In this document: one piece after another, positions 1-13,216 of the stretch
How the letters are laid out: each line of letters begins with the position of its first letter
Position numbering within the stretch: the first letter of the stretch is position 1
From: Malacoraja senta
Taxonomy: Eukaryota
DNA: 64,000 nt
Reading direction: 5' to 3'
NCBI GenBank assembly: GCA_038087875.1
Contig: CM075990.1
Span: 17,796,001-17,860,000 of the forward strand
Notes under the pieces: generated by a model
What the model saw: the letters and a program-made list of their open reading frames with translations, nothing else
Told to the model about the DNA's origin: nothing
The model's database searches: none
Translations under genes and position numbers: made by a program

Positions 1-672
1 CCACAAGGGCCACATCTAACTCCCTCTTAAATATAGCCAATGAACTGGCCTCAACTACCTTCTGTGGCAGAGAGTTCCAGAGATTCACCACTCTCTGTGT
101 GAAAAAAGTTTTTCTCATCTCGGTCCTAAAGGATTTCCCCTCTATCCTTAAGCTGTGACCCCTTGTCCTGGACTTCCCCAACATCGTGAACAATCTTCCT
201 GCATCTAACCTGTCCAACCCCTTGAGAATTTTGTAAGTTTCTATAAGATCCCCCCTCAATCTCCTAAATTCTAGCGAGTACAAGCCGAGTCTATCCAGTC
301 TTTCTTCATATGAAAGTCCTGACATCCCAGGAATCAGTCTGGTGAACCTTCTCTGCACTCCCTCTATGGCAATAATGTCTTTCCTCAGATTTGGAGACCA
401 AAACTGTACGCAATACTCCAGGTGTGGTCTCACCAAGACCCTGTACAACTGCAGTAGAACCTCCCTGCTCCTATACTCAAATCCTTTTGCTATGAATGCT
501 AACATACCATTCGCTTTCTTCACTGCCTGCTGCACCTGCATGCCTACTTTCAATGACTGGTGTACCATGACACCCAGGTCTCGTTGCATCTCCCCTTTTC
601 CTAATCGGCCACCATTTAGATAATAGTCTGCTTTCCTGTTTTTGCCACCAAAGTGGATAACCTCACATTTAT
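1..672 (-). mobile_element. CR1 LINE fragment (ORF2 C-terminal region; 3' end lies left of the window)
   Basis: Near-identical to the copy at 29040-29520, whose minus-strand ORF reads as CR1 reverse transcriptase C-terminus (LVRPHLEYCVQFWSP, RRLRGDLI). The two antisense ORFs 342..623 and 28975..29469 are almost identical. Confidence 0.9.
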
Positions 673-1009
673 TGTGGACCAAAGGGCCTGTTTCTCTGCT
701 GTCCTGTTCTATGTTCTTGTTGATAATCCCTCCTACTTTTGCATTCAATTTCCTTAAGCAAGAAACAATAACATTGTTAATTTTATTAATAATAATTTGC
801 AATGCAGATCATGCTCCGTCTCCCAGACCTCTCTGCACCTAGTCAGGTCTCTATCACTTGCTATGTAGGTCATCTTTTGGCAATGACATATTGCAGCCAG
901 GTGCTGGATATGTTGTTGCAAGGTCCAAGAACAATAACTAGGTTACTAGTAATATGTTGCCTGCATCAACCTAGTTGTAACTTGGAAATAAAAAGGCATT
1001 GATAACCAT

Positions 1010-4000
1010 GAAATATGGAACAAATTTATTCAGTTGTACACAAAAACATTCTGGAATTTTTACTAGACGTCAGCAAAAGCTAACAAAAGGCATCATTATA
1101 AAGATGGAATTACACAGAGCTGATGCACAGACCTCTGCAAAACACTGTTTTACACACTCCTTTATTACTTTCAATTAAGCAAAATGCAAATGTAAACATT
1201 AAAGACCTCTGATTTGAACTTGTTAAATAACAGTAATACTGAACAGTACTTGAAACCTATAAATAAACAGGCTAGAGTTCCTTTATTATGGGGCTTCATG
1301 TTTATCCATAGAATTGTTAAAAGGTAATTAATTAACTGGGTGCTTGTAAGATAAAAGTTCTGATGTCTAACTTTGTTGTTTTAAATGAAACACTTGAGTT
1401 GTACAGTCTCACGCTCACAAACATCCAGCCTGTACTGAACAATGTTTTGATACTGAATGTTCCCTTTAGTTTGCAATCTTATTCAACACCAGGCTATTCT
1501 ACAGCATTCCCATTGATGCCACTGGATCATATCTCCCCTTCAGCGGGTTTCCACCTATGGGCACTTTGACAGGGTCAACACCTCTCACTTGCAGAGTTGA
1601 CAAAATATCAAAGGCTTATCGCCACTGTATCCCGCTCACTTTCCTTCATCTCACTCTGTTAATTTGAGCCTGACCAGGTTCTATTTCAAATGAAATGCAA
1701 GGGAACATTCCAGGCAGAGGGTCCTTCTGTGTAGGAAGCAGTGGCAGGTGGGACTGGCAGGACTGACCCACAGTCTCTCAACCTCTGACCATTGTACAAA
1801 CCAGAACACTCACATGCCCATTTGATTCGATCATCACTAACCTATCTGTCTCATTCCTTGCCAGTGATCGTTCCCAGAGTTTACACAGCACGACAAGAAT
1901 AATTTGTAGATTTGAACTCAAGGCACCAATGATTAAGAAATCAGCTGGTCCCAGTTGTCAGAAAGAGAATAAATGCATTTCATAATGCACTGGGTTACAA
2001 AGAACATGTTTAACTAAAGGTATCCCTTGTCCTGCTCCACAAAGTGCTGTTTGATTAGGCAGGTATCTCTTTAGACAAGGCCATCGTTTCAACATCCACG
2101 ACCCGTGTGCAGAATCACCCAGAACTCTCCCCACCAGCAGCCCTTCCAACAGGGAGCTGAAGAACTCGGAGAATCCCCAGTAACGGAGGTTTGTCAGATT
2201 AATGCGGATGGTGAGGAATGGCTGTAGGATAGTGCTCGGGCACTGCAGGAATACCAATACTCGGGCACTGCAGGAATACCAGGGTCACTGTAAATGTCTG
2301 ATCTACAAATATGTCAGAGACCATCAGACACTCAGTGTGTGTAGTCGTTCTAGGATCATTAGAACACATCACTATCCTCAATTATCATGACTTTCTGCAG
2401 CAAAACTGCTGAAGTAGATATCTTGTGTAAAACTGGCATCAGTGTTTGGCTGGGAACGCTGAGTATTCATATCGATGAATCATCTGAGCAAGCTCATGGG
2501 AAGGGCAGGAGAAGGAAATAGCTCCTCACCACAAATGCCAAACATTCACTCTACAGCAGGAGATAGGATGGAATAATTCCTATCTCACTTCACAAACTGG
2601 TCAACATGTTAACAAGTGGATGACATTTCAGGTCAAATTCAGTGCAATCACAGCAGCAACCTTTCAGGCAATGCAAATGTTTTACTACTTTTACTACTTA
2701 CAGAATAAAAGGATTTAAGTGAGTGAAAGAGTGATTCTCAGAGACACTGAATACCTTTCACTGGCAGATTTCCTGCACTCTGACTGCAATTACATCTACC
2801 ACTTCACAAAGCTGGAAGGAAAGGTCAATAAAGCCAGGCTCTGACTCCAGCGGTGAGTCAGCCACAGGAATCTCCTGGCAGTAGGAGGGAAGAGAGCGGT
2901 CACATTGCTGCAAGTATAGGCAGTCAGGTGGAAGGGAATAATTGCAGCCGATCTGTGGGATGCAGAGAAGTGTAAAGGTTTATATTTTGGTGGGAAGCAT
3001 GGGAAGGGACAGTCCAAATGACGGCAGAGTTCTAAATGAGTACAGGAACAGAAAGATCTGAGATGTACGTGCACAAGTGTTGTAGGTTGAGACACGACCC
3101 TGGGCTTTAACAATAAAGGTATGGTGTGCACAGTGAATATTAAACTACAGCTGCAGCAAGAGAATTACCAAAGGCATGGATAAGGGTTAGTTGTGGAAAG
3201 ACAGTAGAGGCTGAAGCTCTCCTTGGAACAGAAATACTCATGACTGGTTCTACAGGCAGCATCTTAAATCACGAAGGTCAGAGAGAAACTGTTTTATTGG
3301 CAAGCACTCAGGCACAAAGAGTGGTGATGGGCAAGAGAACCAAATGACACAAGGATTGGTGGTTGTGGAAGCACTTCCAGGGTCAGTGGATGCAGATTCA
3401 GTGTAATGTTCAAAAGGGTTTGGACAGAGGGACTGTGATGGAGCTTTGCCAGAGAGACTCAGGCACTGTCAACAGAAGACAAGAATAGGTTTGGCCAGTA
3501 CTCCAGAGTTCAGTGCGGGCGATGATCTTAAAGGAACCTACCAATTCTGATGGTGCCTGACAGGGGAGATACTGGAATGACGTTTTCCCCCTGACTTTGG
3601 TTTGTAGGTCCAGGTATTGCCATCTCTAAGTAACAGCCCAGTCATTTGTGACTTGGTGCAGGAGATGCTTTTCACCCACATAGTGGGTGGAGACCATCAC
3701 TGGTGTGTTCAGGACAGAGAAGATTAGATTTTTGGATATTCAGGGAATGAGAGAGAGCAGGATAGTGCAACAGGGTGGTGTTGATCAGCCTTGTCCTAAA
3801 GAACAGAAGGCGACTTCTGACATTCCAAGTTCTGATATCATCATCTGATCAAATTAAACTGCAAATTACAATAATAACTCCAGAAGAAACAATGAATATT
3901 AGCTGGTTTGTCAGCTTCTTGCAAATATGAAAAGCCATTCTTTCACCATTTTCCATGTTAACTGCGGCCCGAGGACAGCAAACACAGCCCTAGTCTGCAG

Positions 4001-5306
4001 GGAACAGGTGACAAGTGGTACTATCACCATCCCCCATGTCATGGGGGGACTATAGTCTAAACTATCCAAGCATTAACGATAAATGCTATCTCAAAGAACT
4101 ACTGAATTATCTCTATGAATTCTATAAATTATGGTTTAGATAACATTTTATATTGCAAATAGTGTATTCTAATAAACTACGTAAGTTTGTAAACATTACA
4201 AGTGGTTGTTGAGTGTTTTTTCTGAGTACATTCAGTCTGACAATGAATACTGCTTGTCCCTCGAGGTCCACAAAGCCACAGCTAGCAAACGGCAGCTCAA
4301 AGGGAAATCGGTTACACACAATGCAATCAATGTTTCTCCAAATGCTGTTTTGTTTCTTTAGGAACAGATACTTTGTGCACTTCATGATGACATTGTAGAA
4401 TGAGAATGCATTTTTAAAGTTTCTCCAGAATTCCTACACCTCTTTAGTGTTTCCTCAGGCAAGTGCAAAACCAGAGTTCCCTGAAATAAAACCGAGCGAG
4501 GAACACACTGGAGGGATTCCTCACACAAACATATCAACAAGGAATGCAGAGAAAAACTTCTTCTAAACACCTCAAATGCCAATCTTTGAACAAGTCTCTG
4601 GCTTCATTTAAAATATTCGTCTCAATGTGGAAAAAAAGAGCTTATTTGGAATGTAGCAGCAGTACGTCCTGTGGGCTTGTTGTTCCCTCACATCACCACC
4701 CTAAACTGTGCCTGAACCTAACCCTAATCCCACCCCAACAGTGCCCGAGCACCCACTAAACCGTGCCTGGCCTAACCTAACCCCACCACAACAGTGCCCT
4801 ACCATCCTCTAAACCGTGCCTGGCCTAACCTAACCCCACCCAAACCGTGCCTGGCCTAACCCAACCCCACCCAAACCGTGCCCGACGCCCGCTCTACACC
4901 ATACCTGACCCCACCACTAAACCTGACCTGACTCCCACCCTATACTGTGCCCACCCTTCACCCTAAACCCAAGCATGATACCACCATGAACCATATCAGA
5001 CACTCACTGAAACCCTGCCTGACCCCCACAGCCAGGCACAGATCACATTATGGGGGGGATGGCTTGCTTCCCTGCCCACAACAAACAGGATTCCTAACTG
5101 CTGGAGTCAACATATTGCAGCAAAAGAAAAGCACAATTTCAAGTAGTGATTTGCCATGAGCCAAACAGACTGCCAACTATCAAGGCCTTGGCCCCTTCAC
5201 ACTTACATCTGGCTTGTATTGACTACACACATCTTGTATACAAAACCAGTTATTTCCATAATCTTTTGTTTGTCCAACAAACCAATTGGTTAGGGCAGAT
5301 TACTAC
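1010..5306 (-). other. SAMD8: Probable long SAMD8 3' UTR with candidate poly(A) signals
   Basis: Follows the SAMD8 stop at 5307. AATAAA occurs on the minus strand at 3293-3298, 1282-1287, 1161-1166 and 1025-1030, the distal ones in AU-rich sequence. The true end cannot be determined from sequence alone. Confidence 0.45.
4697..4970. repeat. Degenerate C-rich minisatellite (CTAAACCGTGCCTGGCCTAACCTAACCCCACC-like units)
   Basis: Several imperfect ~30-55 bp units containing AAACCGTGCC and CCTAAC are visible. Confidence 0.8.
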
Positions 5307-5611
5307 TTATCCAATCAATCTCTTCAATAATCTTGGTCTGGAAAGTGGCCAACTATATTCATTTGGTACTGGGCCGTTGACATTGCATTCAAAGAATGAA
5401 AACATTGGAAACCAAATGCGTGCCCTTCGGCTCTGCTGATAAGCTCGAGTGTTGGCTAGTGTGTGGTAATACAAAAAGAGCCTTGTGGTGATATAAAATG
5501 CGATGAAGACATCGATTGAGTAATGTTCATGTGCAGCAAGGATGAAGAAGATTCCAAACAGGTTCATTACCCAAGACAAGGTGTGCAAGAAGTTCCAGCT
5601 TCTTGGTGTAT
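5307..5611 (-). CDS. SAMD8: SAMD8 (sphingomyelin synthase-related protein 1, SMSr) last coding exon
   Basis: Encodes (Y)[13 protein letters not shown]...[15 protein letters not shown]...LLKRLIG*, including the SMS catalytic H-Y-x-x-D motif. Acceptor tttag| is phase 1 and matches the upstream exon. Confidence 0.97.
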
Positions 5612-8246
5612 CTAAATGGGGGTGCAAAGGAAAGGTTACATGTTAGGTTTAGTTTTCAGTTTCAGCTCAGTGACCAAGACCAGTATCCCCAAAACAGAAA
5701 CAAATATAGTATGAAAATTACATGAATGATTGACTGTAACTAAAAACTAAGCTGCACCGAGAATGACACAAACGGAGGAGGCTCTCAGTGCCTTTGTGGC
5801 TCATGAAATGATCTCATCTGGTCCAACCTCAACCTATCTCAGAGCCCTGTAAATGTTTTCCCAACAAGTGCTTCCAACTTCCTGTTAGGCAGAACATTTC
5901 GTAGGATTTCGAGGAGCAAGGTTTCTCCCCTTAGCTATCTTTACCGATTAATTTACAACTGGGATCCCTGGTGAGATGGATAATTGGATCCAAAATAGCT
6001 CAATGAATGTAGGTGGAGGGCAGTAGTGGAATGAGCTTTTATGAATGCAAGTCTGTGACCAATGATATTCAGCAGCAATTAAAAACAATTGTTTGGATCC
6101 AAGTAAAAAAAATATTTTTGCCAGATTTGCCATCTTGCAACTGACTTAGAGACTGACGTTGAGGGGACATCAGTGTTGGTTGGTTGGTTAAAGGAACTGG
6201 GGGGGGGGGGTGGAAGGAGGCAGAGATGATAACTGTTTACATGAAGGGTTCCTGCTCCTTTCAATAAAGTTTATTATGTGTTATCACCGTCAGTGTTATG
6301 TTGACACATCAATGAGGCTTAGTAAAGTAAACTCGAGCTGTGTAAACCGAGCCACATGTTGCTACAGGCAGGGCAAGGGTTTGTCCAGAGATGCTGCCTG
6401 ACCCACCAAGTTACTCTAACCAACATTCTGTGTCCATGTTTTCCACAAGGCACGGTGTTCTGTGGGACTCAGTGACAGAACATGTAACCAGCTGTTAGCT
6501 ACCGACTGCAGCCTGTTAAACGGCTTCAGGACTCTCACATCACTCACACCCCCACCTGCCCAGATCTACCCAACACTAGGGGTGCCACTTTCCCTTAACC
6601 TACAAGGCAGGAATTTACAATTTAATTCAGAGTGCATATACCAGAATGTCAAAGATCAGCTGAAAAAATATATAAAACTTACACTGGTAGGTTTTCAGAA
6701 GCAGAGTAAAATTACTTAATTAAAAGTGCCTCAATAGTTTTATTCAAGGGTGGCACAATGTCCCTGCACTCTAACCTGGGACAGAAATAGACAATAGACA
6801 ATAGGTGCAGGAGTAGGCCATTCGGCCCTTCGAGCCAGCGAATGGGACAAAACGTTCCCATCACTGCACTTTCCATCACCAACTCTAGAATCAGATCCTG
6901 GCCCAACTCCAGAGAGGGGACAAACCCACTCCAGCCTCACGTTTACCATCTCATGAAGTCCAGTTGCCATGTATTGTCAAACGTAGACTTTTTAAAATGC
7001 CAAGATTCTGCTGTGTTAATTGGGCACTTCCTTAACCGGGCAGGAGACAACTAAACTGTGAATGTAAAGCTGGCGACATATTCCATACATTAACATCATA
7101 TTTGTAAAAGCCACAGATATTGATATGACAAAGGCAGTTAGAGTTTCAACAGGCAGCCAAGTCCACAACTGCATGGCTCCTGGTCTCAATCAGCAACAAC
7201 AGAACAAGAAATGTTATAGAATTTCTTCCCTCATAAATCATACAGAATTCATAACAGAATGAAGTGCTGAGTGCAGAATATGCCACTGACTGGCGAGTAC
7301 AACTGCCCAACATTCTGCTCCAGTGACCTCCCCCCTGCACACGTGTGTGAATGACTGACAGGTCATTGTCCCTAGTTCCTGGATTTCCACTTACTGTAGC
7401 TTTACTGTAATCTAATTGATGTTTGAGAGTTCAAATATGACTTATTGGTTCAGTAAAATGATGACAACCAAACTAAAGCAAGCTATATGACAGATTCTGC
7501 AATAACTAGGCAGAACTACAAAGAAGTTACATGGATATACTCACTTTGTCACCACTGATTTGTGCTGTGTTTAGAACTGCACAAGCATCCTCCCACTTCA
7601 CCACCTAACCTCTTCATAATCATTCCTTTCATACCTTCTTATTTGCCAAACTACATTGTGGACAATTTTGAGAAATGAATTTATATTGACAAATGTATTC
7701 ATTTTATTCAGGGAATATGACATATAGAAATACTTTATTGCCACTTTTGCACAGAAACTCGAGAAACATATCCTGATTTAACTCTTACAATTGGTGGAGG
7801 CCTAAATTTACAGACACCAAGGTCTGGTTAGAATTCTCTTATTCTGGGAAGTATATACATGATTCAATAAACACACGATGATGAAGAGGATTTTAGATAG
7901 GCACATAGAAGTGCAGGGAAGAGAGGGATATGGATCAAGTACAGGCAGTTGATATCAACTTGGCATCATGTTCAGCACAAACATTATGGGCCGTAGGGCC
8001 CCTATGGGAGCTGTACTGTTCTATGTTCTAATTTTATAGAATCTGCTTAAAGAAAAAACACAAGACGTTTCCTTGATCTTTCGTCATTGACACACATCCA
8101 ACATGTGACCTTTCTACTTAAACGGAAGCGTTTTGCACAATAGTGTGAATCACTGCGACAATCCTGCTGAAAGTAATCACTCCCTGTTCCTTATAATGGT
8201 CTTTGCGCCTTACAGTGACCTAATGAAGGTGAAGTTTAATGCTTAC

Positions 8247-8397
8247 ATTCTGTAACAAAGAAGTTGAGCATGGTGAGGACAACAGTGTGGCCACTGAACA
8301 TGTAGTCTCCACAGGTATGGACACCCGTTAGTGTCATTCCAAAACCACTCCAAATCGCCAGTGCTCTTTGGAACTTGGCCCACTGGTCTCCATACAA
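8247..8397 (-). CDS. SAMD8: SAMD8 coding exon 4
   Basis: 151 nt, [50 protein letters not shown], with the SMS CGDxxFSGHT motif. Splice sites tttcag| and |gtaagc. Not in the ORF track. Confidence 0.96.
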
Positions 8398-8789
8398 CTG
8401 AAAAAGAAAATACACTGTGCTGAGCTTCCTGTCAGAGTTGCAGCAGAACTATTCACATGCCTGTAACAGGGCCGTGGTCATCTTACAGAGGCCTGGACTT
8501 CAGCAGTGGGGGGATTAAAATGTAGTTCATTTATCTGCAATAAAGGTGGTGACTGAAAATACCAGATTCCCGTGAGCATCATCTGCTCACTACCTTCATC
8601 AGTGCGGGAATCACCACACGCCAGAGGAACAGCACTACCGGCCACTCATCAGTTGCTGCACATGCTACTCACGGGGCAGTTAGCAACACAGTAAATCAGG
8701 CCTCAACAATGATGCCCATTTCCTGTACGGGAAGATGAAAAATGATACCAGCGCATCACAACAAATGTGTTGAAGAAATATGATGTGGG

Positions 8790-8945
8790 GGAGCAGGGGG
8801 GTCAGGGAGCGGCGGGGTCAGGGACATGGGGCGTGGTCAGCAAGGGGCAGGGTCAGGGAGCTGGGGTGGGGTCAGAGAGCGGGGATGGGGTCAGAGAGGG
8901 GTGGGGACAGAGAGGGGCGGGGTCAGAGAGGGGCGGGGTGGGAAG
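8790..8945. repeat. G-rich tandem repeat (GGGGTCAGRGAG... units)
   Basis: About 8 imperfect 15-20 bp units with GGGG runs, inside a SAMD8 intron. Confidence 0.8.
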
Positions 8946-9236
8946 AGGAGGTGACTGGCCACTTGCACCTGAGCTTTAAATATTCATCAAGTAAACTGCA
9001 GGTGCCTGTTCCATGTATATCAGTGTTCGGAATATTTGTTCTTTTTTGAATGCACAAAACTTTATTCTTCACATTCAGCATTTCAAATATTGTAGAAATG
9101 TGAACTTTCCATTAATGTAGTGAATAAAATTAATTGCAGTTTAAGAAGCAAAATTTAAAAAACATTAAAGCGGACTTTAAAACAAGATAATGCATGGCCA
9201 GCCCGAGGAGAGGCGGCATGATTTGTACAAACCTAC

Positions 9237-9354
9237 CTTCCCGGAGCACTGTAGGTGGTGGCCAGGCACAGAGAGGGAGGTGACAAACATAGTTACACAG
9301 CGCAGCAGGAACACTGTCCCCATCAGACTACACATGCGGCGGAACAGGATGGAC
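9237..9354 (-). CDS. SAMD8: SAMD8 coding exon 3
   Basis: 118 nt, (R)[39 protein letters not shown]. Splice sites gttag| and |gtaggt, with consistent phases. Confidence 0.96.
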
Positions 9355-10007
9355 CTAACCAAAACACCAGAAATATCAGCATTACACTTTGTAATTCATT
9401 CCCATTTCATCATTACGCTCAAAGCTTCTTGTTCAATTGAATTGAATTGGTTGAAAGATACAGCAGGGATTCTTCAGCAGTACCTGGTTGAGATAAACAA
9501 TTTAGTACCGAGGGCATCAGGTTACATACAATGACGTGGTTTTTAAGAAGCATCGTTGGAGAGTGTTTGGTTTCACACAATAAATCCAGAGCAATATTTT
9601 CAGAAAATTATTAGTCAACACTCTACAGAGCAAGTGCAAAATGCACAATCTCAGCTGGCCAACTAACAAAACCTCTGCATTTCATTGGAAAATAAACAGG
9701 CATTTCCATTTGCAAGAATAAAGTTTTAGAGCTTCATTGGAATTAAAATGGATACTTTTCCAAAGATTATTGGTGTTTCTTTAATATCCTCAGTCTCACA
9801 AAGCAATGGAAAATAAGAAGGGTCTTGACCCGAAACGCCATCCATTCCTTCTCTCCAGAGATGCTGCACTAAGTAACTCCGGCTTTTTGTGTCTATCTTC
9901 AGTGAAAATACATGGTTTAGGTTTGTCACAATTCAGCACACATTAAGCAGTGTTTTTTAAAATGAGAGCTCTAAATCTCGAGCACCAAATGTAATTGTCA
10001 CACCTAC

Positions 10008-10103
10008 CTGTGTTTGTGAAGTAGCAGCAGTAACAACCAGATAATGCAAAGCACAACACCACACACCTCAGCCATCGCAAAAGCCCATGGAATCCTTGGA
10101 ACA
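10008..10103 (-). CDS. SAMD8: SAMD8 coding exon 2
   Basis: 96 nt, (S)VPRIPWAFAMAEVCGVVLCIIWLLLLLLHKH(R). Splice sites gacag| and |gtaggt, phase 2 at both ends. Confidence 0.96.
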
Positions 10104-10869
10104 CTGTCAACAGAAACAACACAACACAACAACGTGTAAATGTATTTAGAAAGGTATCTACCTGGAGATGCAGTGTTTGGCATCATTTGATCTTTACTGG
10201 GAAGTTATTGAATAGTTGCACAACGTGCCCAAAGAGACACAAGAAACTGCAGATGTTGGTTTACAAAATACAAAAAGACACAGAAGCAGCAGCAGAAAGG
10301 GAACTCAGAATTCCAGCAAAAGGATTTTCCTGTGTCATACAAGATTAGATTAAACATACAATGTTTGAATTTAAGCTGATATCATGGTGAGATGAATGAA
10401 TTGTGCAGTCATATTTTGTGGCTACTCATAGAACATGGAACAGTACTTCAAGAGTTCAAGTTCAAATTTATTTGTCACATTTACCATGCAGCGTTACAAT
10501 TAAAAAGGACATCATATACAACATAATTCAACACAGACATCCACCACAGCATTCCTCACTGTGGTGGAAGGCAATACAGTTCAGACAGTCCTCCTCCTCC
10601 TCCCTTGTTCACCCGTGGTCGGGGCCCTGACCCTCCGTAGTCGCCGCTCAGGATGTGGCCCACAATGTTTGTGCCAAACATGATGTCTGGCTGAACTTAG
10701 ATTCCTCTATTGCTATAACCTGATAGGAACCCACAATTCCAGATCATTAGTCCGCACTTCTGTATTACCCTTTCAGTTGGGCCACAGAAAGCTCTGTTTC
10801 CATGCTGTATGACGAGATGCTTCCAGATAGGATGCTTTCTACAGTGCGTCGACATTAATGGTTGTGTCA

Positions 10870-11780
10870 TTGGATACATGCTGAATCTCCTTGGCTTTCT
10901 GAGGAAGTAGAGTCAATGGTGTACTTTGGCTGTAGCATCAGGACAAATTGTTGGTGATATTTACACTTAGGAAGTTAAAGCTTTCGATCACATCCACTTC
11001 AGCGCCATTGATGCAAACTGGGGCATGTATTCCACCCTGCTTCCTGAAGTCAGTTTTACTGATATTGAGGGAGGTTGCTGTCTTGACACTATGCTAGGAA
11101 ACTTTCTTTTTCCTGACTCATCATTGTTTAAGATTCAGCTCATTATCGTGGTGTCAACTACAAACATTAATGGAGTTAGGATAGAATTATGCCACACAGA
11201 CCCAAGTATATAATTAGTATTATAAGGTGCTGAGAACGCAGCTTTGTGGGACATCAATATTGAGAATTATTGGGGAAAATATGTGTTACCTTCCCTTAGT
11301 ACAGTTCAAGAGGTCAAGCACCCAGTTACAGAGGAGGGTGCTGAATCCAAGGTTCAGGAGTTTGGAGATGAATTTGGTTGGAATTATCATGTTGAAGGTG
11401 GACCTATAGACAATAAATGAGAATCTGACATAGGTGTTATCCAGATGTTCCAAGGTTTAGGGCCAAGGAAATGCCGCCGGCCTGGTAGGCGAATTGCGAT
11501 TGATCACGCTGGTCAGGGAGACTGGAATTAACGTGCACCAAGACTAGTCTCTCAAAGCACTTCACAATGGTAGATATTAGATCCAACAGATGGTGGTCAT
11601 TAAGGTATGTGGGTTTGCTTCTCATTGGTACTGGGATGATGGTGGTATTCTTAAAATAACTGGGAACCTAAGATTGGAGTTGAAAAAGGTTAAAGATATT
11701 CATGAATACTCCTGCCAGCTGGACTGCTCAGAACCAAGAAAGTCATCTGGGCCCGTTGTTTTCTGTGGATTCTCTCTCAG
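10870..11780 (-). mobile_element. Decayed Rex1/Babar-like LINE fragment
   Basis: ORF 11437..11625 has KCFERLV...QFAY motifs typical of this reverse-transcriptase group. Many disablements. Confidence 0.65.
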
Positions 11781-12294
11781 GAGGTCCAAGGATCTGTGCC
11801 GGGATCTGTTGTTTGTGATATACATACACAACTTATACAAAATGTAGATAGACACAAAAAGCTGGAGTAACTCAGCAGGCAGTATCTCTGGAGATGGGTT
11901 GATTGGTAGGTTTGCAGGCAACATCAAAATTGGTGGAGCTGTGTACAATGAGGAGGCTGTCCGTATACAGCGGGATACAGATCAGCTACAGACATACCAG
12001 TAGAACACATATCTTCATCCATCCTTCCCACCTCCTCAATCACTGCAACACGTTCTCCAATTCCAATGTGTGATGAAACATCTTCCCTTTCAACCAGCCA
12101 GACCAAACGGTTAGCAACCCACTTACACTTCTTTCAGTTTAACGCAGTATCTCTATGAAAGATCGAAATAACTCACAGAGCGGGCAAACATTAGGTTGAA
12201 ACACCTGCATTCAGTCCACAAGCTTCTCCCGACTCATCACTGTCCCATTAATTTTAATTTAATGGAACAGAATTACATTCATGGGCTCTGAACT

Positions 12295-13010
12295 CTGACC
12301 GACTTCTACAGATGCACCATAGAAAGTATTTTATCAGGATAAATCACAGCTTGGTTTGGGAACAGCTCCATCCAAGACACCAAGAAATTGTAGCAAATTT
12401 TTGACACAGCCCTGACCATCACACAAACCAACCTCCCTTTTAATGATGGTAGACACAAAATGTCGAGATCCTTCCTCAGACCCGAAATGTCACCCATTTC
12501 TTCTCTCCAGAGATGCTGCCTGTCCCGCTGAGTTACTCCAGCATTTTGTTTCTACCTTCGATTTGAACCAGCATCTGCAGTTCTTTCCTACTCCCTTCTA
12601 TTGACTCCATTTACACCTCACGCTGCCTCAGCAAGGCCAGCAGCATAATCAAGGACGAGTCGCACCCTGGCCACTCCCTCTTCTTCCCTCTCCCATCAGG
12701 CAAAAAGTATAGAAGTGTGAAAACGCACATCAACAGCTTCTTCCTAGCTGTTATCAGGCAACTGAATCATCCTACCACAACCAGAGAGCAGTGCAGAACT
12801 ACAATCTAACTCTTTGATGACCCTCAGACTATCCTTGATTGGACTTTCCTGGCTTTACCTTGAACTACATTTTATTCCCTTATCATGAATCTATACACTG
12901 TAAATGGATTGGTTGTAATCATGTATTGTCTTTCTGCTGACTGGTTATAATGCAACAAAAGCTTTTCACTGTACCTCGGTACACGTGACAATAAACTAAA
13001 CTAAAACTGA
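12295..13010 (+). mobile_element. Rex1/Babar-like LINE 3' end, interrupted by a short Penelope-derived repeat (~12440-12590)
   Basis: FYRCTIESILSG-like coding remnant, with a 3' end of AATAAA plus (CTAAA)n. The insert is flanked by the direct repeat CTCCCTT (12433-12439 and 12591-12597). Confidence 0.65.
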
Positions 13011-13216
13011 TGATAGGCAAAATCTCCATTCATAATAATGGTTAAATTGATTGTATGATCCACGAAACCACAATAAGTTTAATCTGTGTGCTACACAGCG
13101 GTTCAGGTAAAGTCCGTGCAATGTAACACAATGGCTTTAATTGGACCTGTACCACCTCCCAAAATTGGACATTCCCTGTTGTTGATATGTAACTCAAAGG
13201 TTGCCAGTAACAACTA

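Noticed and set aside
342..623. Duplicated small protein gene (also 28975..29469)
   Set aside because: These are antisense ORFs of CR1 ORF2 copies.
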